The notes beneath the pieces were generated by a model. It was not told the origin of the DNA. It saw only the letters and a list, made by a program, of their open reading frames with translations, and made no database searches. A stretch of 64,000 nt of DNA, from positions 87,050,001-87,114,000 of the forward strand of contig NC_086108.1 in NCBI RefSeq assembly GCF_963921235.1, written 5' to 3'. Made by a program: the position numbers and the translations under genes. This document shows positions 10,325 through 22,334 of this stretch, one piece after another (position 1 is the stretch's first letter; the number at the start of each line of letters is the position of its first letter). Origin of the DNA: Mobula hypostoma. Taxonomy: Eukaryota.

Positions 10325-10740
10325 ACCCACCCACCCCTTCCAACCTCCAGTTCCTGGTCCAACTTGCATCTGGCCTCTGACTTCCAGACAAGCAGACCCC
10401 AGGGGCTTCAATCTTTGGGCCTTCACCTCCATACTCACCAAGCTCTAGACTTCAACCTTCAGCTTTCCCTTCTGGACTTTGCTGACCTCTGGACGTCAAC
10501 CCTTGGACTTGCTAACCACAGTTTTGACCTTCAGGTCTCGACTGCAGGTCTGGGCGTGGGCGGTCACCAACCCTCGTGACTCCCACCTGTACGGACCTCT
10601 AACCTGGGACTCACAACTTGAAGATCGCTGGTCTCCTTGGAGCCTGCCAACCAACCTGATCTCCAGGACTGCTGACCTGCGGCCACGGAGCACTTCAGAC
10701 CTCAACTGTGTGTGTGGCTGATTTCTGGTGAAGACATTTT
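10160..10740 (-). mobile_element. Unclassified retroposon fragment containing a (CA)n tract
   Basis: (ttcagg)n tail-like repeat followed by tttatcacatgtac; body unclassified. Confidence 0.35.
10284..10335. repeat. (CA)n microsatellite running into (CCCA)n
   Basis: Directly visible. Confidence 0.95.
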
Positions 10741-11989
10741 GTGCAGCCATCTTGAAATCTGAACTATATTATCTGGAACTGGCTCAGGGACCTCAAGTAA
10801 GAGTTTTCTGTCACACTGATCAATGGTCATAACAGGATTTGGACTGGGTGCAGGTGTCGTTCATGGGTTAAAGTCTCATCTAGACACTCTTATCAACTCT
10901 CAATATTACTGGATATAAGAGAGATATTGAACTGACAAGTTCCTGCCTGTTCACAGAGACTAAATTTAATACTAAGAGTACCTCATTGGCAAAATTCAGA
11001 TGCTATCTTCACAGCCTTGTGCCATTGAGTAGTTCAGGAAGGACTGGATTAGAATGTAGAGCAGACTGAAACTGAAGGTGGCATTCATGAAAATATATGT
11101 AAGCCGTGCATCCTGTTATCATCTTTTAAATGTAATTAAAGGTTCTCTGTAATAAAATTGTATTATATGCTACAGCACCACTTTATGAATCAGCTGGAAA
11201 AATAAAGTGTATTATTTATGTCATTTCAAAATGACCTAATGGTAATGTTGATTAAACACTATCAGTACAGAGCAAAGTAATTATGTAGGGATGAGTTCAG
11301 GCGAGGTTTGTTCATTGAGAGCTTGGCAAATGTTGACATTGGTTTGAGAGCATACAGCACTGCAAATGGAGGGCCTCACTTCAACCATGCAAGATGGCGA
11401 AACATATGTGCCTAGATTTTGTGGGTAAACTTTGCAATTCCAAGTAAATGTTAACAGATTTGGGATGCCTGTATATATATGTGTGATTGCAGAGGCCCCA
11501 AACATTCTGGTCTCATTTTGTTACAAGGTACAGAAGTTGCAGAAATCCCCCAGAACTTAATTTACAAAGGAGAAACCTATGCTGATTTAGAGCCAGCACA
11601 GGAACAATTTTAACTTGACTGGGAAAGAATACGAACAAGAGGAAAATTACAAATTACTTTTTTAAATTCAAAAAGCTGCATGTTACTCATCTTTTTTTAT
11701 GTTTTCGCATGCAATGGTGTGCCTTAGATTTTCATATTTTAGTAAATTTCACAGTAATTGATTTTTCATTGACTTTAACGTGTTTGTAAATGCTTTTGAA
11801 TGCTTCAAAATGTCAGAAATGTTAATAGTTTTTGACAGGTTTGACAGCTTGTTTAACGGATTTAGCTGCCAATCAATGTTTTTTAGATGTTGTGAGGGTA
11901 ACGCTAGCTTCAAGATAACCAACATTCAGTTTAACTAATATTGCATGAGCTGTTGTTACCTAAACCTTAAACATCAAGTTCCAACATCT

Positions 11990-13200
11990 TCACATACAAA
12001 CAAGAGAAAATCTGCAGATGCCGGGAATCCAAGCAACACACACTACACACTAGAGGAACTCAGCAGGTCAGGTAGCATCTATGCAAAAAGAGTACAGTCG
12101 ATGCTTAGGGCATCCTTCATCAGCACCAGAGAAAAAAAAGATGAGGAGTAAGAAGTTGGGAGCGGGGAAGGGAGAAACACCAGGTGAATGGTGAAAATAG
12201 GAGGAGTGACGGGTGAAGTAAAGATCTAGGAAGTTAATTGATGAAAGAGATACAGGGCTGGAGAAGGGGGACTCTGACTGGTGAGGACAGAAGGCCATGG
12301 AAGAAAGAAAAGGGGAAGGGGCACCACAGGGAGGTGATGGGCATGTAAGGAGATAAGGTGAGAGAGGGAAAAGGGGATGGGGAACGGTGAAGGGGGGGAG
12401 GGGGCGACATAATCGGAAGTTCGAGAAATCGATGTTCATGCCTTCAGGTTAAAGGCTACCCAGTCTGAATATAAGGTATTGCGCCTCCAACCTGAGTGTG
12501 GCCTCATTGTGACAGTAGAGGAGGCCATGGGCTGACATGTCAGACTGGGAATGGGAATGGGAATTAAAATGGATGGCCACTGGGAGATCCCCTTTCTCTA
12601 GCAGAAAAAGTGTAGGTGCTCAGCAAAGCAGTCTTCCAATCTATGGTTGGGTCTCACAAATATACAGGAGGCCACACCGGGAGCCCTGGATATGGTAGAT
12701 GACCCTAACAGACTCACAGGTGAAGTGTCATCTCACCTGGAAGGACTGTTTGGGGCCCTGAATGGTAGTGAGGGAGGAAGTGTAGGAGCAGATGCAGCAT
12801 TCGTTCTGCTTGCAAGGTTAAGTGCCAGGAGGGAGATCAGTGGGAAGAGATGAATGGACAAGGGAGTCATGTCGGGAGTAATCCCTGTGGAAAGCAGAAA
12901 GTAGGGAGAAGGGAAAGATGTGCATGGTGGTAGGATCCCATTGGAGATGGCAGAAGCTACGGAGAAGCTGGGCGTGGAGGCTGGTGGGGTGGTAGGTGAG
13001 GATGAGAGGACCCCTATCCCTGGTGGGGTGGCAGGAGGATGGGGTGATGGCAGACGTGTGCGAAATGAAGGAAAGGCAGTTGAGGGCAGCATTGATTGTG
13101 GAGGAAAGGAAGCTTCTTTCTTTGAAGAAGTAGGACACCTCCTTCATTTTGGAATGAAAGCATCATACTGAGAGCAGATGCTGCGGAGATGGAGAAATTG
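11990..13200 (-). mobile_element. Penelope-like element fragment, older than the 8147-9460 copy
   Basis: Minus-strand MKEVSYFFKERSFLSSTINAAL...LILTYHPTSL and MNIDFSNFR; colinear with 8147-9460; decayed hammerhead CTGATGAAGG at ~12095-12125. Confidence 0.88.
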
Positions 13201-13314
13201 TCACCCACATTCAGGAAGTACAAGCCTCTAGATTTGAGAGCCAAGACCAACCATTAATATGTGCTTCTGTGGCAGAAGTAGTTGTCATGTTGCAGACTGG
13301 AAATTCTAAGCTGT

Positions 13315-14160
13315 TGAAGTTCAAAGTAAGTTTACTATCAAATTACATATATGTCACCATATATCACTCTGAGATTCATTTTCTTGTGGGCATACTCAAT
13401 AAATCCATAATAGAATAATAACCATAGTCGAATCAATGAAAGACTACATCAATGGGAGTTCAACTAGTCTGCAAAGGAATCAAACCATACAAACACAAAA
13501 GGGAAGAAATAGTAATATATAAATAAGCAATATATATCGAGAGCATGAGATGAAGAATCCTTGAATGTGAGGTTTTGGGAACATTTCAATAATGGGGCAA
13601 GTGAAGTTAAGTAAAGTTATCATCTTTGGTTCAAGAGCCTGATGTTGAAAGGTAGTAACCATTCCTGAACCTGGTGGTGTGTGTCCTGAGACTCCTGCTC
13701 CTTCTTCCTGATGGCAGCAGCGAGAAGCGAGCATGACCTGGGTGGAGGGGATCCCTGATGATGGATGTCGTTTCCCTGAGACGTGCTCAATGGCAGTAAG
13801 TTCTTTAGCCATGATAGACTAGGCCATATCCATTATTTTTTGAAAGATTTTCTGTTCAAGGGAACTGGTGTTTCCAAACCAGTTCCAAACCAGTCTGTGA
13901 TGCACATATTCAATATACTCTCCAACACACATCTATGGAAGTTTGTCAAAGTTTTAGAAGTCATGCTGAATCCTTGCAAACTTTTAAGGAAATAGAAAGA
14001 TAGTCTTCATAATTGCACTTACGTGCTGAGCCCAGGGTGGGTCCTCTGAACCTGGAGTTTAAAGTTGCTGACCCTCTGATCCTCAGATGAGGACTGGCTC
14101 ATGGACCTCTGCTTTCCCGGTCCTGAAGTCAATAATAAACTCCTTGATCTTGCTGACATT
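13315..14160 (-). mobile_element. Rex1/Babar-type LINE 3' fragment
   Basis: aagttcaaagtaagtttac tail; colinear with 2152-2965. Confidence 0.8.
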
Positions 14161-14683
14161 GTGTATCGATCCCAGATATTTACGTTACAAAAACAATAAG
14201 CATCACGTTGGATAAGTCTCCGGGACTGGACGAGATGTACCCCAGGCTACAGTGGGAGGTGAGGGAGGAGACTGCTGAGCTTCTGTCAATGATCTTTGCA
14301 TCGTCAATGGGGACAGGAGAGGTTCCGGAGGATTGGAGGGTTGCAGATGTTGTTCCATTATTCAAGAAAGGGAGTAGGGACAGCCCAGGAAACTATAGAC
14401 CAGTGAGTCTTACTTCAGTGGTTGGTAAGTTGATGGAGAAGATCCTGAGAGGCAGTATTTATGAACATTGGGAGAGGCATAATATGATTAGGAATAGTCA
14501 GCATGGGTTTGTGAAAGGCTGTTGGCAGTGTGGAGGATCAGAGGGATCTTGGGGTCCAAGTCCATAGGACACTCAAAGCTGCTACGCAGATTGACTTGGT
14601 GTTTAAGAAGGCATACGGTGCATTGGCCTTCATCAATCGTGGGATTGAGTTTAAGATCCGAGAGGTAATGTTGCAGCTATATA

Positions 14684-16130
14684 CAGACATTCCACCCTGC
14701 AAAAACTCATTTCAGGGAGGTAGCACCCCTGCCTCCCGGAACCCCATATCCCCCCCCCACCCGCCGGTCGACCTCCAAGGGTGTATGTTATACTTTGTTT
14801 AGTGATTTTATCTAATCTGTAAACCAAGTTGGGAATATGCAGAAAATGACATTAAAATATGTACTTATATTATCATGTTTATTCTATTACAACTTTAAGC
14901 AAGTCTACAGGGAGTTTGGCCTCATCACGTAGGACATCAATAGCGTAGCTCCTTAGCAGCCAGCCAGCTAGTTTAAATAACGTTAGCTATGCTAATGAAC
15001 GAATGACACCTGTTAAACTCACCTCAACATGTCCTTTACATTTTAACCCACCATGGGCAATACAAAAGTCACTGTTGCAAACGAGCAACACTGTCATTAT
15101 TTTTGAGGTCGACTGTAAAGCCCGCCCACAGAGAAAACTGATAGGTCTACTTAGCAGGGGACCCCAACTTTTTTTTGCACTGCGGACCGGTTTAATATTG
15201 ACAATATTCTTGTGGACCGACTGACTGGGGGGGGGCGGGGGGGGGGCGTTTCTGTTAATCACAACCGGACTATAGGTGATAAGTCAACTATAAGTCACTT
15301 ATAAGTGGTTAATACACTCAATTTCTTTTCTAAAAGGGTTTATCTAATGAATTTAATATTAAACACACAATGCATATTTTCCTCGCATGAATATAGTGAT
15401 CAGGCAATTATAAGTCAATAGCATCATAACATTTTAAGTAACATTTGGATATTAAACACACAGCACATATTTTCCCCGTATGAACATATAAAATCACTGC
15501 AACACACCAATATCACTGAATCAGTGGGAGCCCTGGGCTTGTTTTCCTTCATCAAGACGGTGCCATCGAGGGGTGAGGGGAGACAACGATACTCGAAGGG
15601 GGTTCCGTATGTCCAGCCTATTCTGCAATTTAGTTTTCATTGCATTCATTGCAGAAAACTCCGCTTCGCGGAGGTATGTTGGAAATGGAGGCAACATTTT
15701 CAGTGCTTCCGTGGCTATCTCAGGATATTCAGCCTTGAATTTGATCTAGAATGCCGGCAAAGATGTTATGTCAAACATACTTTTCAGTCCATCGTCATTT
15801 GCAAGCTCGAGGAGTTGATTTTCTTCCCGCGCTGACATGAATGACGTGTTCGTAATGACCTCGCGTGCGTTCAAGTTCAACAGTGGGCGTGACAGGGAAT
15901 GAGGAAAGGCACATCTGACTCATATCGCTAAATCATATCGTTTCCTTGAGCCCCGGTGGTTGGGGACCACTCTTAGCACAAAGAGAGACCAATCAGGATG
16001 CTTGCTCTCCCTCTCCCTCCCCCACTCAAAAAATTGATTTCCGGGATATTTTATATAATTTCTGGGCATCAGGGAGCCACTACCAATAAGCGGGAGATTC
16101 CCGTAACTGCCGGGAGAGGTGGGATGTCTG
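14684..16130. mobile_element. Non-autonomous TIR DNA transposon, superfamily uncertain
   Basis: TIR CAGACATTCCACC / GGTGGGATGTCTG; TATATA on both sides (14678-14683, 16131-16136); cleanly splits the CR1 coding sequence. Confidence 0.85.
15155..15971 (-). mobile_element. hAT (Charlie/Buster-type) deletion derivative nested in the previous element
   Basis: Ends CAGGGGACCCCAAC / GTTGGGGACCACT; left 8-mer CTACTTAG, right remnant CTTAG; minus strand ~15570-15835 reads EENQLLELAND..EYPEIATEALKML.PFPT.YLREAEFSAM..MKTKLQNRL (hAT dimerization domain). Confidence 0.85.
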
Positions 16131-18163
16131 TATATAGGAAGCTGGTTAGACCCCACTTGGAGTACTGTGCTCAATTCTGGTCGCCTCACTACAGGAAGGA
16201 CGTGGAAACCATAGAAAGGGTGCAGAGGAGATTTATAAGGATGTTGCCTGGATTGGGGAGCATGCCTTATGAGAATAGGTTGAGTGAACTCGGCCTTTTC
16301 TCCTTGGAGCAACGGAGGATGAGAGGTGACCTGATAGAGGTGTACAAGATAATGAGAGGCATTGATCATGTGGATAGTCAGAGACTTTTTCCCAGGGCTG
16401 AAATGGCTAGCAAGAGAGGCAATAGTTTTATGGTGCTTGAAGTAGGTACAGAGGAGATGTCAGGGGTAAGTTTTTTACACAGAGAGTGGTAACTGCGTGG
16501 AATGGGCTGCCAGCAGTGGTGGTGGAGCGGGAAACGATAGGGTCTTTTAAGAGACTCCTGGATGGATACGTGGAGCTTAGAAAAATAGAGAGCTATGGGT
16601 AAGTCTAGGTAGTTCTAAGGTAAGGACATGTTTGGCACAGCTTTGTGCGCCGCAGGGCCTGTATTGTGCTGTAGGTTTTCTAATAAGCTGCTTTGTAGCA
16701 GTGCAAATGATGGAATTCTTGCTTGCAGTGAAAGATCATGCTTACTTCTCCTTTATTTCCAGTATAGTATTAATACATCATAAAATAGATTTGTTTACAG
16801 TCACCTTTTGTTTTAATAGACAGTGTGCATCTGACAAAATTTGCAATCTGCTATCCTGATGTTCAATAATAACTATGAATAGTCTTGAATAATCTGATTC
16901 ATACTGCTGAGGATGACATAAAAAGAAAATGGTAACAATGGCCTGGAGACCTTACTGCACATTTGGAGCTGTGTTAATTGTGGAATCCATGCAGAATGAC
17001 TTTTCTCGCATGCTGCTAATGTGAGGCTTGTGATACGCGCCATTTTTCTTTCTTTACCTCAATATTATTTCTTCATGGTAGATGTGATCATTATGGCCTG
17101 GGGAATGTTGTGAATTTAGAAGGGATAATCTCAAAGCTGATAAATTTATTCTCTGGAAAAAGCAAGTAATAAACTTCAAAATATATTGTTAGTAGATGTA
17201 ATCAGCCAATTAGCAGAGAATGGGAGTACAAAGAAAGAAAAGTATTAGACCTTGGAGCAGGCAATTAGTAAAACCAACAAGTGCCATTATTTTTGGCTTG
17301 AGAGAGTCACCAACTCGTGTGCTTTAGACAAGAAATGTTTTCAACATTCCCATAATGACCTAAGAGCCGAAAAGGATCCAATTATTCATTTAGGAATTGA
17401 GAAAAGGTTTAATTGGATGGCTTGTTAGCAAAAGCACATCTTCTTCCAGGTACTATAATCGCATGTAGGAATAGACAAGATTGACTGAAAGGAATAGTTG
17501 TAGAACAGATTTATTTTAACTCAATTATAGATTAGATTCTAAGATTTGGAGCTGCCGTTTTCAGCAAAGGCTGGACAACAATGTGTTTGTTCAGCTTCTG
17601 TGGCATTCATAAAGTGCATTGCAAGAGGGATCCACAATTTATTTGTGTTAAAGTAAAACTATTACAGTAGCTACATATTTTGGCAAGCAACATTGCAAGA
17701 ACAATGGCGGACCAAATTTTATGTGAACATTTGTAAAGTATTGCACATAAGAAAAGTTATAGAGCAACACACACAAATGCCAAAAATAGGGCTGAAATAG
17801 CTAGGGACGAAGCTGAAGAGACTCAGGAGTCTTAGCTATTTTAGTAGAATTAATGCCTCTTTGGCTGTCAAGCATTTTATTACTGTGAGGTCTCCGTGTC
17901 CATCTATATTCCTAAACCTCTTGTGCAAACATTTCCCTTCCATTCCTTGTCTCTGAGTTTCATGATCTGTCTTCACTGATTTAGTGTTTCTTTATTTGGC
18001 AATGTAGTGTATTTCACATTCCCCAACTTTCTTTTCAGAAGCCCAGTGTATGAAGCAGGATGGCAGTGGCTCTGTGTTAACTTTGAGATGAGCAGCAGAC
18101 TTGCCTGGACAATGGAGATGATGTATATGGCACTTTGGACCATGAATGGGGATGAAGCTGTGA

Positions 18164-19152
18164 AAATATATATGAATGACTTGGATGAGGGAATTAAATG
18201 CAACATCTCCAAGTTTGCGGATGACACGAAGCTGGGTGGCAGTGTTAGCAGTGAGGAGGATGCTAAGAGGATGCAGGGTGACTTGGATAGGTTGGGTGAG
18301 TTGGCAAATTCATGGCAGATGCAATTTAATGTGGATAAATGTGAAGTTATCCACTTTGGTGGCAAAAATAGGAAAACAGATTATTATCTGAATGGTGGCC
18401 GATTAGGAAAAGGGGAGATGCAACGAGACCTGGATGTCATTATACACCAGTCATTGAAAGTGGGCATGCAGGTACAGCAGGCAGTGAAAAAGGCGAATGG
18501 TATGCTGGCATTTATAGCGAGAGGATTTGAGTACAGGAGCAGGGAGGTACTACTGCAGTTGTACAAGGCCTTGGTGAGACCACACCTGGAGTATTGTGTG
18601 CAGTTTTGGTCCCCTAATCTGAGGAAAGACATCTTTGCCATAGAGGGAGTACAAAGAAGGTTCACCAGATTGATTCCTGGGATGGCAGGACTTTCATATG
18701 AAGAAAGACTGGATGAATTGGGCTTGTACTCGTTGGAATTTAGAAGATTGAGGGGGGATCTGATTGAAACGTATAAGATCCTAAAGGGATTGGACAGGCT
18801 AGATGCAGGAAGATTGTTCCCAATGTTGGGGAAGTCCAGAACGAGGGGCCACAGTTTGAGGATAGAGGGGAAGCCTTTTAGGACCGAGATTAGGAAAAAC
18901 TTCTTCACACAGAGAGTGGTGAATCTGTGGAATTCTCTGCCACAGGAAACAGTTGAGGCCAGTTCATTGGCTATATTTAAGAGGGAGTTAGATATGGCCC
19001 TTGTGGCTACGGGGGTCAGGGGGTATGGAGGGAAGGCTGGGGCGGGGTTCTGAGTTGGATGATCAGCCATGATCATAATAAATGGCGGTGCAGGCTCGAA
19101 GGGCCGAATGGCCTACTCCTGCACCTATTTTCTATGTTTCTATGTTTCTATG
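18164..19152 (+). mobile_element. Young 5'-truncated CR1 LINE with uninterrupted RT C-terminal frame
   Basis: IYMNDLDEG..ISKFADDTKLGG...LVRPHLEYCVQFWSP...FFTQRVVNLWNSLP to stop at 19053; (TTCTATGT)n tail at ~19129-19152. Confidence 0.93.
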
Positions 19153-19634
19153 TAGGCCAGCATGGAAGACATTAGACTGGGGCAAAAGATAACTTGGGGC
19201 ATTAGAAACAGCACCTGGAAACAATATTGGAAAACACAAACATGCCCTGGCCTTTCAGATAGATTTCACCTCCTGTAAAATAGGAAGTAGGGTGACTTTA
19301 AGAGTGGGAAGTAAATGTAGGGAGGAGAGAGCTGCGGAAGTGATAAAAGAGAAAGTTTGTACTTCTTTTAAAGAAGCTGATTGAAACTATTTATTAGAAA
19401 AATGGGAAAAAGATGAAATAAAGGCAATTTCTGGATTGCCTTTACAGAAATATGGTATGGACTCAGTGAACCAGGGTTACGGGGAGAAGGCAGAAGAATG
19501 GAAGAGGGGAAAATAAATCAGCCATGATGGAATGGACTCAGTGGGCCAAATGGCCTAATTCTGCTCCAATATCTTATGGACCAAAAGGTCTCCTTGCAAG
19601 GTATAACTTTTCTGTGACTTAACATTAAATTTGC

Positions 19635-19765
19635 AGCCTTGATGAAGGTTCGTGGCCCAAAACGACAACGGTTTATGTCCTTCCTGCTGTCTGACTTACT
19701 GAGTTCTTCCAGCATTTTATATGTGTTGCTTAGGATTTCGAGCATCTGCAGAATATTTTGTGCCT
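19635..19765 (+). repeat. PLE-terminal relic with decayed hammerhead
   Basis: ttgatgaaggttcgtggcccaaaacgac...ttcttccagcatttt...agcatctgcaga. Confidence 0.65.
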
Positions 19766-20549
19766 CACATTTACAAATTGCTAGGAACCAGAGATAAGTT
19801 CCTTAAGTCAGCGACCTGACATAGACACAGAATGCCTCTGACATGCACAAACATTCAAAAATATTCCCAAACTATTAAAAATAAAACATTTTATTTAAAA
19901 AGTAAATTTAAAATAGCAAAAATTAAATAATTTTAAAGCACTTAAAACAATTAAATATATTTGAATTAATAATTATATCTATTCAATTAACAATTAAATT
20001 AAGCAAGTGTATTTTACCTGAAATCTGCATCCTTTGCTTTCCTTTCAATGGAGCAAGCCATTGAACATTCAGAAGACTGAATATGGCAGTGTTTCTTCAC
20101 TAGATATCGATTGTGCTATTGGTCATTGTGTGCTCCCCCATCCCTCATGATGCAGGAAGGTAAAGAATTAGGAGTATCCTCATCCGTTAGGTTTAGGGTA
20201 TAGTTAGGGTTAACTGGGGACTAATGGAGATTTGCAATCCATGGCTGAAATCTTTGTGGAGCCTGCAATTAACTACTGTAAGGACGATGCTCGTGCGAGG
20301 ATCTCAAGTTTTACACTGTTGTGTAGTATGGCTGTTTTGGAAAGTGGTTGCTACTGTAAGTACTTCTAGATATTTAGCAAAGCTGGCAGAGCAGCACCAT
20401 TCAGAATCAAGGTTCGATGCCTCAGTCGTCATTAATCTACTTCCCATAGGCATCCCCAGAATTCCTGATTGTCTTAATTCCAGATCCCAATCAGTCCAAA
20501 GAATTCCACTCCAGCTTTACCTTCAGAGTCCACATATTTCCAATAGGTT

Positions 20550-20920
20550 GGAGCTATACAGTCATAGAGAAGTATAGCACAGGAAAAGGCCCTTCAGCCC
20601 ACCTAATCTATGCTGAAACCAACTAAACTGCCTTTTTCCATCGATTTGCACTGGGACCATAGTCCTCCATATTCTTACTATCCATGTACCTATCCAAACG
20701 TCTCTTAAATGTTGAAATTGAGCTCATATTCAGCACTTGTGCTGGCAGCTCCTTCCACACTCTCATGTTCCTCTGAGTGAAGAAGTTTCCCGTCGTGTTC
20801 TCCTTAAACTTCTCTGGTTGTAGTCCCACCCAGCCTCAGTGGAAAAAGCCTGCTTGCATTTACCCCGTATATACCCCTCATAATTTTGTATACCTCAATC
20901 AAAATCCCTCTCAATCTTCA
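20550..20920 (-). mobile_element. CR1 3' fragment
   Basis: ORF 20623-20829(-) NFFTQRNMRVWKELP...STFKRRLDRYM. Confidence 0.75.
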
Positions 20921-22119
20921 ATCAATTTGCAAACCTCAGGGACTAATCCTTCACCTCCCACCTCTCAGCACTGTCTCCCACCCTTTGATGCTCAGCTGCC
21001 AATCAAGGTGTGATTATTCAGTCTCCAGTATGTGCAAATCCTGCCTATTTGAAGAGGGAGGGAATGGGAATCGCTATCAAACAGCGGCAATAGCAGGTTT
21101 ATACTGGGTGCACTGGAATTTCAGACATTCTTCCTTGTATTGCTGAATCTGGACTCTGTCTGCATTTGGCTCACAGCTGTGAATGAAGAGCCCGCCATAA
21201 GAGATGATGAATTGTTGCCAGTAAATGGTGGGTGAAAAGTGAATTAATGCCACCACATACATTTCAATCTCTTCCAAAATTGTGTAATTGAAATTAAATG
21301 AGATGAAAATTGTAGTATAGAAATCTCACTTCTTTACAATTCTGATCAAAATGATCACACACAATGGAATTTTAATAGCATGAATGAAAGCAGAGACATT
21401 TGAAATAATGTGACCATGTCATTCTGATGAGACTGCTTTTGAATTATTGGCCACGCATTATCACAGAATGAGTTCTTATCAAACCCATATTCTCTTTCCT
21501 TTCTTAAAATTCTCTAGTGACTATACATCCCTTCCCACTAGCTTGTTTTGTTCAGTTATATTGGAAGAAAATTGCTTCCAATATATTTTCTTTATAACAC
21601 CTGCAGTTGACAAATTTTCCTTTATTCACTGATTCAGATAAATTTTACTGTGAGATGAGATTCAATGTGTTTTCTGCATGAGATGCAACATTTTATAGGA
21701 ATCGGTTTAGTCTGTCTTATCACTCAAAGGAACAATAAAATTCATTGAGCCGGAGACCCATCACCGTGCGTGAGAATGAAGGATCATGCTAGCACTGAAC
21801 ATGATTGACTCTAAGGTAATAAAAGCTCAAGTCCATTTTGGTTTATGCAATATGCAGATGATTATCAAAGCATCCGATTTACTTTGCAGTTTCAATGTTA
21901 ATTGGTTCTAAGCAGCACATTTCTGTCTGGTTAATAGGAATTCGCCAAGTATGCAAATTATGCACATTTTCATTGCATCTTGGGAAATAATCCAATACAC
22001 CATTGTAAATAAACTATATAATGCTATAGAACGATACTGCTAAAGCAGTATGTCATAAACATACATGACTTGCATTGTAATGACCCATAACAAGAATGCA
22101 TTTCAAACAGTCAATAATG

Positions 22120-22240
22120 TCTAACAGAAACAAAAAACAGCAACAGCTGGAAATATTCAACAGGTCAGGCAGCATTTGCAGGGAAAGAAATAGTGTTAAT
22201 ATTTTAGGTCAGAGACCTTTCAGCAAAACTGGGAGCAGTT
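22120..22240 (-). repeat. PLE-terminal relic
   Basis: gctggaaatattcaacaggtcaggcagcat...ttttaggtcagagacctttcag. Confidence 0.55.
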
Positions 22241-22334
22241 GAAAATAGACAAGCATGTTTTCAAATGGCAGAGAAGGGCGAGCGGCAGAGAAAAGAAAGA
22301 AAATAGGTGTAATAGGGTGAACACCAAGAGAAAA

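Larger units (their letters stand above)
14200..16682 (+). mobile_element. CR1 LINE RT fragment (internal deletion near 14520) interrupted by a DNA transposon
   Basis: DKSPGLDEMYPR...VPEDWRVADVVPLFKKGSRDSPGNYRPVSLTSVVGK; LVRPHLEYCAQFWSP after 16131; 3' tail tgtattgtgctgtaggttttct. Confidence 0.9.

Noticed and set aside
11490..11613. Possible terminal host exon (GPKHSGLILLQGTEVAEIPQNLIYKGETYADLEPAQEQF-stop)
   Set aside because: No recognisable homology, weak splice acceptor and no partner exons found
18384..19076. 230-aa minus-strand ORF
   Set aside because: Antisense frame of the young CR1 RT
20185..20220. Telomere-like TTAGGG motifs (also ~30278-30305)
   Set aside because: Only 2-3 degenerate, non-tandem units; not an interstitial telomeric array
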